Assembly (NCBI GenBank): GCA_937625935.1
Contig: CALMHQ010000001.1
Span: 39,802 to 103,801, forward strand
Source: Tetramitus jugosus
Taxonomy: Eukaryota > Protista > Heterolobosea
Length of the DNA stretch: 64,000 nt
Reading direction: 5' to 3'
Position numbers and translations under genes: made by a program. This document shows, in pieces, positions 26,517 to 38,970 of this stretch. Every line of letters starts with the position of its first letter. Position 1 is the first letter of the stretch. The notes below the pieces were generated by a model, which was not told the origin of the DNA, searched no databases, and saw only the letters and a program-made list of their open reading frames with translations.

Positions 26517-27868
26517 AGAACCCAAAAACTTAACGGTTTCCCTTGGATTCTGATAGGATCTAAAAGTCTCACTACCAATCTCGTGTTGGTATCGTTTACG
26601 GTTAAGACTACGACGGTATCTAATCATCTTCGATCCCTTAACTTTCGTCCCTGATTGACAGACACGCTCTGGATCACAACTGCTTTCGCATTAGATAGTC
26701 ATATAGCGGTCACTGAATTTCACCTCTCGCGCCATAGTACTTGGATCCTCTATCAGTGTCTCATTGCGAACGCCGGATCTTCCACTTCTCAGGAAATCCC
26801 TTGAAGTTTCCGATCGGCTTCGTGACAATTCCATGCTAAATCATTCAAGCAAATGGGTTACCCCGTACATTGCCTGCTTGGAGCACTCTGATTTGTTTAC
26901 GGTTGTGCCAATTGGCCCTATCAGACCTTACGGACTGATAGGGAACGAGCCATAATCATTGACCTATCCCATGGCGGATGCTAATTGGGCGGACCCTTTC
27001 GCTTCCGTTAGAGACCGAGGACCTGTCCTTATTCACCCAATCAGCCACAATACGTGACCGACTATGATGAACAGAACTGATCAGATCAATAACTATAACC
27101 CTTTGGTTTACTACGGGCGTTTTAACTACAACAGTATTAATATACACTTTTAGAGCTGGAATTACCGCGGGTGCTGGCACCAGACTTGTCCTCTAATTGC
27201 TACTCATGGAGAGGTTTAATCTCCATCCATTTCAAACCACAAAGTGGTACCTTTCCACCATTTGGTGTAAAGTCGCTATGTCTTGTCACTACCTCTCTGA
27301 ATTAGAATTGGGTAATTTACGCGCCTGCTGCCGTCCTTAGATGTGATAGCCGTTTCTCAGGCTCTCTCTCCGGAGTTGGACACCAATCCCCCGTATCCGT
27401 TATAGCCTCGTTTCGCCTTTACCGAAACTACTGAGCTGATAGATTAGAAACATATCTTCCTGGCCACTAGTCAACAAGAAAGCCGTAGGTCTTATTAGGA
27501 CGCTAAGTCATTCACGCTGCATTCGCTTGCAAGCAAGCGAAAATCTAATGGTCGACAACTGTTCAGATCTTCCGACGAATCTTGGATCCTCCCAGCTAAC
27601 AATAGAGCGGACTCACCCTTACTCTAGTGTCTACTGTCTACTTAATTCAACAGTAATCGTAGGCATTATCGCTGCAGTTGACAGTGTTATTCCCATCCCC
27701 GAAGGGTTGTACCAGGTGGCTAAATTCATAACTTGTTTAATGAGCCTTTCACAGATTAACAATGAATAAGGGTTGAGGCGAACCTCTTCCCAAAACTATG
27801 CCGATCTTACACATGCATGGCTTAATCTTTGAGACAAGCATATGACTACTGGCAGGATCAACCAGGTA
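25752..27868 (-). rRNA. 18S (SSU) rRNA, copy 2
   Basis: Reverse complement of 4709-6825 (..GGCAGGATCAACCAGGTA ends at 27868). Confidence 0.98.
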
Positions 27869-30800
27869 ATCATGATTTTCTCTCTAGCCCTATTAAGACT
27901 GCGTGCTAAGCTTGCAGCTTTCTAGTAACTAGATTAAAAATCTATTGGTTCTTGTGAGTCGTAAAACTCACTAGATTTTTCTAAACACCTATAAAAGCAG
28001 TCAAACCGAAGTTACGACTGATAAAACTGTTCGGAACGCGAGTTGTTGGTGCGCTTGTACTGAAGCATGAGCCCCATAAGCACTATTCCTACTACGTCAC
28101 CAGGACGCAATAAGCTTCATATTAAGAATACTAGATTCTATACTACACGCCTCCTTTCTACCTACCTCCTTTCGGCCTACCTTCTTACCTCCTTCTACCT
28201 ACCTCCTTTCTACCTATCTCCTTACCTCCTTCTACCTCCTTTCAGCCTGCCTTCTTTTCGGCCTACCTTCTTACCTCCTTCTCTCGGCCCACCTTCTTCC
28301 TACCTCCTTTCAGCCTACCTCCTTTCAGCCTACCTCCTTTCAGCCTACCTCCTTTCAGCCTACCTCCTTCCTCCTTCTACCTACTTTCTAGATACCTTAC
28401 CTCCCCTCTTACCTACTTTCTAGATACCTTACCTCCCCTCTTACCTTCTTTTTTCTTCTTCTCTTCTCCTTCCTCTTCTCTTCTCCTTCCTCCTACCTTC
28501 ATCTCCCTTCCTCTCCTCCTTCTTCCCTTCCTCCTTCTCTCCTCCTTCTCTCTCTTCTCCTCTCCTCCTTCTTCTTTCTCTCTTCTCCTTCTTCTTTTCT
28601 CTCTTCTCCTTCTTTTTTTTTCTCTTTTTTCTCTTACTCCCACCAAAAAACCGTATTTTGCGTGGGGGGCTGGGAGACGGTCCCAGTCACGGCTATATAT
28701 ATATATGTGCACATCCAGGGTGAAACTGGTTGCTATGACACCCTACATAATCTGGCCAAAAATCAAAAATCGAAAAATCCTGTGTCACTCTATGTTCACA
28801 CATTTAGCTGCATCGGAGTTTCATCTGTACTTTTTTGGAATTTTTCGGAAAAAATCAAAAAATCACTATCTCCAATTGTAAATCGTCTACCGATGAAATA
28901 TATTTCAACATAAAATTTTACGTTTTTGTATCATCACTAGGGGTCGGAAAAACTCCCCTGAGGAGCAATCCTTTTTTTCTCAAAAACGGCATGTCGGATT
29001 AATAATCTATGTCCATAATACCTAGAAAATATTAATTTTCTGTTCTAATTCACCATAAATATCATTTCTCCGATGCTTTTCCATGGACTTTTTTTTTTCG
29101 ACAAGAAATCTGCCAGTCTAATTTGACTGACTCTTGGGCCACAGAGACAATATTATGAAGCTATGAAACAACACGAGAATTAGACCAAAGCAATGCACCG
29201 TTTAGAAAATAGGTGTTTTCGAAACAAATCACACGAATGTTCGTCGACAGACCAACTCACTCCAAATTTCACTCTCTAAATTTCACATTTTTTAGTTTCG
29301 TACAGTCAATTCGCTTGTGCTATTCCTCTCTTCACTATATTGCTTACAACTTCCATCTTTACTTTTTCTCTATTATGCTTCCTTTACATTTGTCGGAGTT
29401 CGGAGTATTAATAGGGGCATAGTCGAAGTTTTCCATTGAAATTGTATGCGTAATATATAAATATTTGATAGCTGTAGTTTTTCAGGGAAACTGTTTTATT
29501 ATTCTTTCAGAGAGTTAATTTCTCCGACATTGAAACGGAGCATTTTAGAGAAAAAGTAAAGATGGAAGTTGTATAAGATATTAAGATCAAATCATCAGCA
29601 CTAGCGGATTAATAATATTCAACTATGATGGTCATATTTAACTCCGACCGACGCCCAGAAAGTCATCCGACTCTGTCCATCACAGTTGAATTTGGTTACT
29701 CCGCTCACGCTAATCATTTGTCTATTATATTGCTTGCTACTCCCAACTCGCTTTCTCTCTACTATGCTTCCTTTAGAAGTGTCGGAGTTCGGAGTATTTA
29801 TAGGAGTATTGTTACTGGTCTCCATTGAAACTTCATACATACAATATACTTATTTGATAGCTGTAGTTTTTCAGGGAAACTGTTTTATTACTATATTTGT
29901 GGCACTTTTTCTGTTGCCGATCACCACCCAACCCTCCATCGCAACTTTTGTGCGCGAAATATTGAGTTTCAAAGTTTCAATCGGCTCTCGCTCTGTATAT
30001 CTATTGCTGTTATAATGTTTGTGCTCGAGCAGATCCCATATATGAAACACTTTATGTCACAATGTGGCTCACCCAATCCTACTCCAGTCGAGAGCCATTG
30101 TGACATAAAGTGTTTCATATATTCAATTCACTTGAGCACGAACCTCACAACTGTGATAGCTATGTAGAGCGAGAGCCGATTGATAATTCAAAACTCATTA
30201 TAGTGAGACGACTTTTAACTACATCACTCTCCACCTCTCGACTAACAACTTTTGCACTCGAAATATTGAGTTTCATAGTTTCAATCGGCTCTCGCTCTAC
30301 ATAGCCATTGCTGTTGTGAGGTTCGTGTTTGAGCAGATGCCATATATGAAACACTTTATGTCACAATGTGGCTCACCCAATCCTACTCCAGTCGAGAGCC
30401 ATTGTGACATAAAGTGTTTCATATATTCAATTCACTTGAGCACGAACCTCACAACTGTGATAGTTATGTAGAGCGAGAGCCGATTGACACTTTGAAACTC
30501 AATATTTCGAGTGCAAAAGTTGGATGGAGGGTGGAATGTGGTCGGCAACAGAAACGTGCCACAAATATAGTAATAAAACAGTTTCCCTGAAAAACTACAG
30601 CTATCAAATAAGTATATTGTATGTATGTAGTTTCAATGGAGAACTTTGACTATGCCCCTATTAATACTCCGAACTCCGACACTTCTAAAGGAAGCATAAT
30701 GAAGAAAAAGTAAACATGGAAGTCGTATAAGATCTAGAGAAGAAATCATGTTCGATAGTGGAGTAATCAAATTCAACTGTGGGAGATAGCTGCAGTCAGA

Positions 30801-33034
30801 TCTAGGTGTGTGGCCTGTCTCCCACAGCTTCGTTTGGCTGATTCTCTCGTGCTCGTGATTTCTTCACTGCGTCATCTGTGTCTTCTCATATCACTCTCTC
30901 TCTGTTGCTGGCAGAAAAAGTAAGTCTCTGAAAGAATGATAAAACAGTTTCCCTGAAAAACTACAGATATCAAATATATATATTGTATGTATGTACTTCC
31001 AATGGATACCAGTAATAATGCCCCTATTAATACTCCGAACTCCGACACTTCTAAAGGAAGCATAATGAAAAAAAAGTATGCATGGAGGTAGTATGCAATA
31101 TAGTGAGCAAATCATTAGCGCGAGAAAATCAAAAACACCCAAAAAGTGATTTTCGGTAAACCCCCCCCTACGATTTTAAAAAACATAAGGAACTTTTTAC
31201 TGGCGGGGATTTAAGCCTAACCGAAAAATATAACGATGTTAAAATGTTATAGTTACTGTTCGTACTTAAGGCCATTTGGTCACCAGATGAAGTAGAGACA
31301 TGTTTTTTTAGCAAAAAAAGGTCGACCACGCTCAAAGTAGCGAATTTTTTCGTAAATCAATAAAATCGTCAAAAAATGGGTATTTTTTTTTCCTTGAATA
31401 TGAACATATATATCGTCAGTTTTTTCGCTTTGGCGATTCTATGCTTCCTCGCAAAGTAGCCAAAATTTCATGTTTTCCAGGAGCCCAAAAACACGAAAAA
31501 ATTATTGACAGCTAAAATGGAGAGGAAGCAAGTTAGCCCGGTTCTGTCATGCACCATTTTATATAATCTATATTTCCTCTCTATGTCATCAGTCAGGTTC
31601 CCAATAACCCCGTCGTATATTTCTCCGAAAAATTTAGCTCCTTCCCTGAGCATGCGGAGAAATTATCTTGTGATATTATTTACTGTATACATATATATAT
31701 ATATTCAACGCAAGCGGAGTAATAAAATTATGCGTGGATAAAAGTCGGGAAAATAGAAACTCTCAGGGGAGCAAGATAGCGGGATAATTTTATGTGGAGA
31801 AGAATCAAAATTAAATATTGATATGTTGCAGTTTTAGCAGAATCATTTGATAATGCGCCGTTTTTTAGTGTCGGAAAATTAGAAATTTTGTTAGGGGAGC
31901 ATATCTGATACAATCCAAAGAAACGAGTAACATATAACACTATCAGATAAACAAACAGCACAAGCGGTTAGTCTCTATTAAACACAAGTGGTCACGTCGA
32001 ACGCGAAGTTGTGGCCAAAGTCGAGATCGAGTGTGACCCGAAGGTCGTCATTTGGCCAATCCAATTAAACCAGTAACATACAACACTATTGAATAAACAA
32101 GAAGCTCACACGGTTCGTCTTTATGAAACACAGGAGGGTCACTTTTCCTCTTAGGCCAAAGTCGAGATCGAGGTCAAGTGTGAGATGGAGGCGTGATTGC
32201 TCCAATCTAATATGACGCATGGAACACAACATTGTTAATTAAACAGCAGTGCAAGCGATTCATCTATAAGACATAAACTGACTGAGTTTTTTCTAGGAGC
32301 AAAGTTAAGACCAACGTCTCTTGTTGCACAACAGAACACTTGATTGGTTAGACAGTATCAGAGATGAGAAGGTTAGTAGCGCGGCATGTGAAATTCACCT
32401 AAAACCTAAGGTCATTTCTGGAGGTAGTTAAGAACAATGTCTCTTGTTGCACAACAGCACACTTGATTGGTTGGACAGTATCAGGACTATCAAAGAAATA
32501 AGAAGGTTAGCAGTGCGACATGTGAAATTCACCTAAAACTTAAAGTCATTTCTGGTGGCAACCATGAACGATGCAAACATAAGTAACATAGTTTGACATC
32601 TATAGTTTAATCCATTTCGAAATTAGTAAAAAACAGGGTATTTTTGGCGTAAAGGGCACTCAAACGGCTTATGAAGAAAGAAGAAGGGACTCTCGGCACT
32701 AGGTACCTAAGTGTTCATACTTTTTCAAAACGTCTGTCAAGCATACACCATAATGGGGTGTGCTGGGCTTTGCCTGTGTCCGGGGCCAGAGATCTGGATA
32801 GGCCCATGGGATATACCCACCTTTCCTTTGCCACCAACCCGTAAGCTGATGCAGCGCCAGAAAGCTGCCCAATGTGCCAGACAAAGAGTAGGACCGAAGT
32901 CAACTTCCTCAATACTGACACACCAGGTGAACACAAACGAGGTGACGAATCATCCCTACCTCATGAATTTGAAACTACTGACTAAACTACTGACATACAA
33001 CCCATACCCACACACTTCCACTTCTGTCCTTACA

Positions 33035-33723
33035 CTCGGCTTCATGTTGCGGCCTGGGTTCAAGCCCGGACTGCCAATTCCCCATCCCCCAGTTGATGTG
33101 TAACTCCCGATGGCACTCCATTGGTGAGCTCTCAGCGTCATTTCACTCCATTGGTGGGAACGCATAATGGTAACTCCCTCATTATGACCCAATGGCGCTC
33201 TACTCAACTGAGACCAATGGTGACTTCCACCAGTGTCCGATGGAGCTTTACTTACTAGTGAGACTAGTGAGTGTGCTCCATTATATACACAGTCGGCGCT
33301 TGCTCTTCGCTAATCCGTAGCTAGGAGCCACTTTTCCGATGTAATCCACGTTCATTTGGTGCACATCCATTGAGCTAGCTTGGATCGATCGGACATGAAT
33401 ACCTCCATTTGCCGCTAACCCTGCTCTCGGCCTGCGTGTTGCGGCCTGGGTTCAAGCACGGACCGCCAATTATCTATTCCCCAGTTGATGTGTAACTCCC
33501 GATGGCACTCCATTGGTGAGCTCTCAGCGTCATTTCACTCCATTGGTGGGAACGCATAATGGTAACTCCCTCATTATGACCCAATGGCGCTCTACTCAAC
33601 TGAGACCAATGGTGACTTCCACCAGTGTCCGATGGAGCTTTACTTACTAGTGAGACTAGTGAGTGTGCTCCATTATATACACAGTCGGCGCTTGCTCTTC
33701 GCTAATCCGTAGCTAGGAGCCAC
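33035..33723. repeat. ~290-bp direct duplication, offset 392 (33035-33331 / 33426-33723; mirror ~41801-42489)
   Basis: CCCCAGTTGATGTGTAACTCCCGATGG...TAGCTAGGAGCCAC is present twice; the 5' ~50 bp are diverged. Confidence 0.92.
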
Positions 33724-33957
33724 GCACCCTCAGCAGGCAATAACGCCTCCTTTCCGTATTCAAGCTTTCAGATCCAAAGTACCTCGCTGCTGATAATCGC
33801 CAACAACATCTTCTCCACGTCCAGTCAGTTTTCACTGACCTTCTATGGGTCCGAGTTTGTCATTGATGATCAGCAATGGATGCGAGTTAGAGTATGACTG
33901 CATGCTTTCATTTCCAACTTGACGTCTGGGTTTTAACATGTGTCTTATTCTAACTCC

Positions 33958-34279
33958 ACGCAGCTTTTTATCACAAAACAATGAATGATCCCGTTAACTT
34001 TACGCAGCTTTTACCACAAAACAATGATGATCACGTTAACTTTATGCTGCTTTTTATCACAAAACAATGAATGATCCCGTTAACTTTACGCAGCTTTTTA
34101 TCACAACACTTTATCACAATGATTTGATCCCGTTAACTTTATGCTGCTTTTTATCACAAAACAATGATGATCACGTTAACTTTACGCAGCTTTTACCACA
34201 AAACAATGATGATCCCGTTAACTTTATGCTGCTTTTTACCACAAAACAATGAATGATCACGTTAACTTTATGCTGCTTT
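33958..34279 (-). repeat. 42-44-bp tandem repeats, mirror copy
   Basis: Reverse complement of 41245-41566. Confidence 0.93.
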
Positions 34280-34428
34280 TGCACAATGTCCGCCCATATT
34301 TTCACACTACGTCAATTGCATGGCATCCAGGGAGGGTCAACGGTCGATTATGGAAGTGGGATTCTTCACTAAAATCGGATTTAACCGAGAACGCCTGAGC
34401 GCTCTCCCGTCCTGGTTCTATCACCCAC

Positions 34429-34566
34429 CTGTTCGGAACGCGAGTTGTTGGTGCGCTTGTACTGAAGCATGAGCCCCATAAGCACTATTCCTACTACGTC
34501 ACCAGGACGCAATAAGCTTCATATTAAGAATACTAGATTCTATACTACGCGCCTCCTTTCTACCTA
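34429..34566 (-). promoter_or_regulatory. Putative spacer promoter, mirror copy
   Basis: Reverse complement of 40958-41095. Confidence 0.55.
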
Positions 34567-36929
34567 GCTCCTTTCGGCCTACCTTCTTACCTCCTTCTAC
34601 CTCCTTTCGGCCTACTTTCTACCTAGCTCTAGGTACCTTCTAGGCACCTTCTACCTACTTTCGGCCTACTTTCGGCCTACTTTCTACCTAGCTCCTTTCG
34701 GCCTACCTTCTTACCTCCTTCTACCTCCTTTCGGCCTACTTTCTACCTAGCTCTAGGTACCTTCTAGGCACCTTCTACCTACTTTCGGCCTACTTTCGGC
34801 CTACTTTCTACCTAGCTCCTTTCGGCCTACCTTCTTACCTCCTTCTACCTCCTTTACCTAGCTCCTTTCTACCTAGCTCTAGGTACCTTCCAGGTACCTT
34901 CTACCTACTTTTGCACTGGCAAAAATTTTTTGAAAAGGGGATCCCCCCCCTATTTTGGCCAGAAAAGGGCCAAAAAAGACCGGACAAAACCCACACCACA
35001 CAAAAAACCGTATTTTGCGTGGGGGGCTGGGAGACGGTCCCAGTCACGGCTATATATATATATGTGCACATCCAGGGTGAAACTGGTTGCTATGACACCC
35101 TACATAATCTGGCCAAAAATCAAAAATCGAAAAATCCTGTGTCACTCTATGTTCACACATTTAGCTGCATCGGAGTTTCATCTGTACTTTTTTGGAATTT
35201 TTCGGAAAAAATCAAAAAATCACTATCTCCAATTGTAAATCGTCTACCGATGAAATATATTTCAACATAAAATTTTACGTTTTTGTATCATCACTAGGGG
35301 TCGGAAAAACTCCCCTGAGGAGCAATCCTTTTTTTCTCAAAAACGGCATGTCGGATTAATAATCTATGTCCATAATACCTAGAAAATATTAATTTTCTGT
35401 TCTAATTCACCATAAATATCATTTCTCCGATGCTTTTCCATGGACTTTTTTTTTTCGACAAGAAATCTGCCAGTCTAATTTGACTGACTCTTGGGCCACA
35501 GAGACAATATTATGAAGCTATGAAACAACACGAGAATTAGACCAAAGCAATGCACCGTTTAGAAAATAGGTGTTTTCGAAACAAATCACACGAATGTTCG
35601 TCGACAGACCAACTCACTCCAAATTTCACTCTCTAAATTTCACATTTTTTAGTTTCGTACAGTCAATTCGCTTGTGCTATTCCTCTCTTCACTATATTGC
35701 TTACAACTTCCATCTTTACTTTTTCTCTATTATGCTTCCTTTACATTTGTCGGAGTTCGGAGTATTAATAGGGGCATAGTCGAAGTTTTCCATTGAAATT
35801 GTATGCGTAATATATAAATATTTGATAGCTGTAGTTTTTCAGGGAAACTGTTTTATTATTCTTTCAGAGAGTTAATTTCTCCGACATTGAAACGGAGCAT
35901 TTTAGAGAAAAAGTAAAGATGGAAGTTGTATAAGATATTAAGATCAAATCATCAGCACTAGCGGATTAATAATATTCAACTATGATGGTCATATTTAACT
36001 CCGACCGACGCCCAGAAAGTCATCCGACTCTGTCCATCACAGTTGAATTTGGTTACTCCGCTCACGCTAATCATTTGTCTATTATATTGCTTGCTACTCC
36101 CAACTCGCTTTCTCTCTACTATGCTTCCTTTAGAAGTGTCGGAGTTCGGAGTATTTATAGGAGTATTGTTACTGGTCTCCATTGAAACTTCATACATACA
36201 ATATACTTATTTGATAGCTGTAGTTTTTCAGGGAAACTGTTTTATTACTATATTTGTGGCACTTTTTCTGTTGCCGATCACCACCCAACCCTCCATCGCA
36301 ACTTTTGTGCGCGAAATATTGAGTTTCAAAGTTTCAATCGGCTCTCGCTCTGTATATCTATTGCTGTTATAATGTTTGTGCTCGAGCAGATCCCATATAT
36401 GAAACACTTTATGTCACAATGTGGCTCACCCAATCCTACTCCAGTCGAGAGCCATTGTGACATAAAGTGTTTCATATATTCAATTCACTTGAGCACGAAC
36501 CTCACAACTGTGATAGCTATGTAGAGCGAGAGCCGATTGATAATTCAAAACTCATTATAGTGAGACGACTTTTAACTACATCACTCTCCACCTCTCGACT
36601 AACAACTTTTGCACTCGAAATATTGAGTTTCATAGTTTCAATCGGCTCTCGCTCTACATAGCCATTGCTGTTGTGAGGTTCGTGTTTGAGCAGATGCCAT
36701 ATATGAAACACTTTATGTCACAATGTGGCTCACCCAATCCTACTCCAGTCGAGAGCCATTGTGACATAAAGTGTTTCATATATTCAATTCACTTGAGCAC
36801 GAACCTCACAACTGTGATAGCTATGTAGAGCGAGAGCCGATTGATAATTCAAAACTCATTATAGTGAGACGACTTTTAACTACATCACTCTCCACCTCTC
36901 GACTAACAACTTTTGCACTCGAAATATTG

Positions 36930-38970
36930 AGTTTCATAGTTTCAATTGACTTGCGCTCTGCATAGCTATAGTGATTATCATGTGTAAGCACGAGCCAATT
37001 GAAAACGTATTTTGCAACATTTCGAGATGGTTGTGTCTCTCCCCCCAACCAACAACTTTTGCATCCAATATATTGAGTTTTAGATTTTCAATTGACTTGC
37101 GCTCTGCATAGCTATAGTGATTATCATGTGTAAGCACGAGCCAATTGAAAACGTATTTTGCAACATTTCGAGATGGTTGTGTCTCTCCCCCCAACCAACA
37201 ACTTTTGCATCCAATATATTGAGTTTTAGATTTTCAATTGACTTGCGCTCTGCATAGCTATAGTGATTATCATGTGTAAGCACGAGCCAATTGAAAACGT
37301 ATTTTGCAACATTTCGAGATGGTTGTGTCTCTCCCCCCAACCAACAACTTTTGCATCCAATATATTGAGTTTTAGATTTTCAATTGACTTGCGCTCTGCA
37401 TAGCTATAGTGATTATCATGTGTAAGCACGAGCCAATTGAAAACGTATTTTGCAACATTTCGAGATGGTTGTGTCTCTCCCCCCAACCAACAACTTTTGC
37501 ATCCAATATATTGAGTTTTAGATTTTCAATTGACTTGCGCTCTGCATAGCTATAGTGATTATCATGTGTAAGCACGAGCCAATTGAAAACGTATTTTGCA
37601 ACATTTCGAGATGGTTGTGTCTCTCCCCCCAACCAACAACTTTTGCATCCAATATATTGAGTTTTAGATTTTCAATTGACTTGCGCTCTGCATAGCTATA
37701 GTGATTATCATGTGTAAGCACGAGCCAATTGAAAACGTATTTTGCAACATTTCGAGATGGTTGTGTCTCTCCCCCCAACCAACAACTTTTGCATCCAATA
37801 TATTGAGTTTTAGATTTTCAATTGACTTGCGCTCTGCATAGCTATAGTGATTATCATGTGTAAGCACGAGCCAATTGAAAACGTATTTTGCAACATTTCG
37901 AGATGGTTGTGTCTCTCCCCCCAACCAACAACTTTTGCATCCAATATATTGAGTTTTAGATTTTCAATTGACTTGCGCTCTGCATAGCTATAGTGATTAT
38001 CATGTGTAAGCACGAGCCAATTGAAAACGTATTTTGCAACATTTCGAGATGGTTGTGTCTCTCCCCCCAACCAACAACTTTTGCATCCAATATATTGAGT
38101 TTTAGATTTTCAATTGACTTGCGCTCTGCATAGCTATAGTGATTATCATGTGTAAGCACGAGCCAATTGAAAACGTATTTTGCAACATTTCGAGATGGTT
38201 GTGTCTCTCCCCCCAACCAACAACTTTTGCATCCAATATATTGAGTTTTAGATTTTCAATTGACTTGCGCTCTGCATAGCTATAGTGATTATCATGTGTA
38301 AGCACGAGCCAATTGAAAACGTATTTTGCAACATTTCGAGATGGTTGTGTCTCTCCCCCCAACCAACAACTTTTGCATCCAATATATTGAGTTTTAGATT
38401 TTCAATTGACTTGCGCTCTGCATAGCTATAGTGATTATCATGTGTAAGCACGAGCCAATTGAAAACGTATTTTGCAACATTTCGAGATGGTTGTGTCTCT
38501 CCCCCCAACCAACAACTTTTGCATCCAATATATTGAGTTTTAGATTTTCAATTGACTTGCGCTCTGCATAGCTATAGTGATTATCATGTGTAAGCACGAG
38601 CCAATTGAAAACGTATTTTGCAACATTTCGAGATGGTTGTGTCTCTCCCCCCAACCAACAACTTTTGCATCCAATATATTGAGTTTTAGATTTTCAATTG
38701 ACTTGCGCTCTGCATAGCTATAGTGATTATCATGTGTAAGCACGAGCCAATTGAAAACGTATTTTGCAACATTTCGAGATGGTTGTGTCTCTCCCCCCAA
38801 CCAACAACTTTTGCATCCAATATATTGAGTTTTAGATTTTCAATTGACTTGCGCTCTGCATAGCTATAGTGATTATCATGTGTAAGCACGAGCCAATTGA
38901 AAACGTATTTTGCAACATTTCGAGATGGTTGTGTCTCTCCCCCCAACCAACAACTTTTGCATCCAATATA
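36930..38970 (+). repeat. 146-bp tandem array, 14 copies, at the head-to-head symmetry centre
   Basis: CCCCCCAACC recurs every 146 bp from 37041 to 38939. Confidence 0.97.

Larger units (their letters stand above)
1..32576. repeat. Giant inverted repeat (tail-to-tail rDNA palindrome) centred at ~15351
   Basis: ORF-track and sequence mirror pairs sum to 32577 outside the 625-bp arrays and 30702 inside them (difference 1875 = 3x625). The non-palindromic spacer is 15244-15458. Confidence 0.97.

Noticed and set aside
33045-33078. tRNA-like T-arm/B-box GGGTTCAAGCCC (also GGGTTCAATCC at ~14146)
   Set aside because: No canonical 7-nt T loop with a paired stem, and no acceptor, D or anticodon arms can be built.
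32711-33103. 130-aa ORF (mirror 42421-42813) as a homing endonuclease or Rep protein
   Set aside because: GTG start, and no His-Cys box, HNH, LAGLIDADG or HUH motif that I can recognise. An HMM search would be needed to exclude a decayed gene.
33958-34279. CRISPR-like array
   Set aside because: Repeats are contiguous with no unique spacers, the context is eukaryotic, and there are no cas genes.
36930-38970. Canonical telomere repeats at the palindrome centres
   Set aside because: No TTAGGG-type short repeat array; only one CCCCCCAACCAAC per 146-bp unit.
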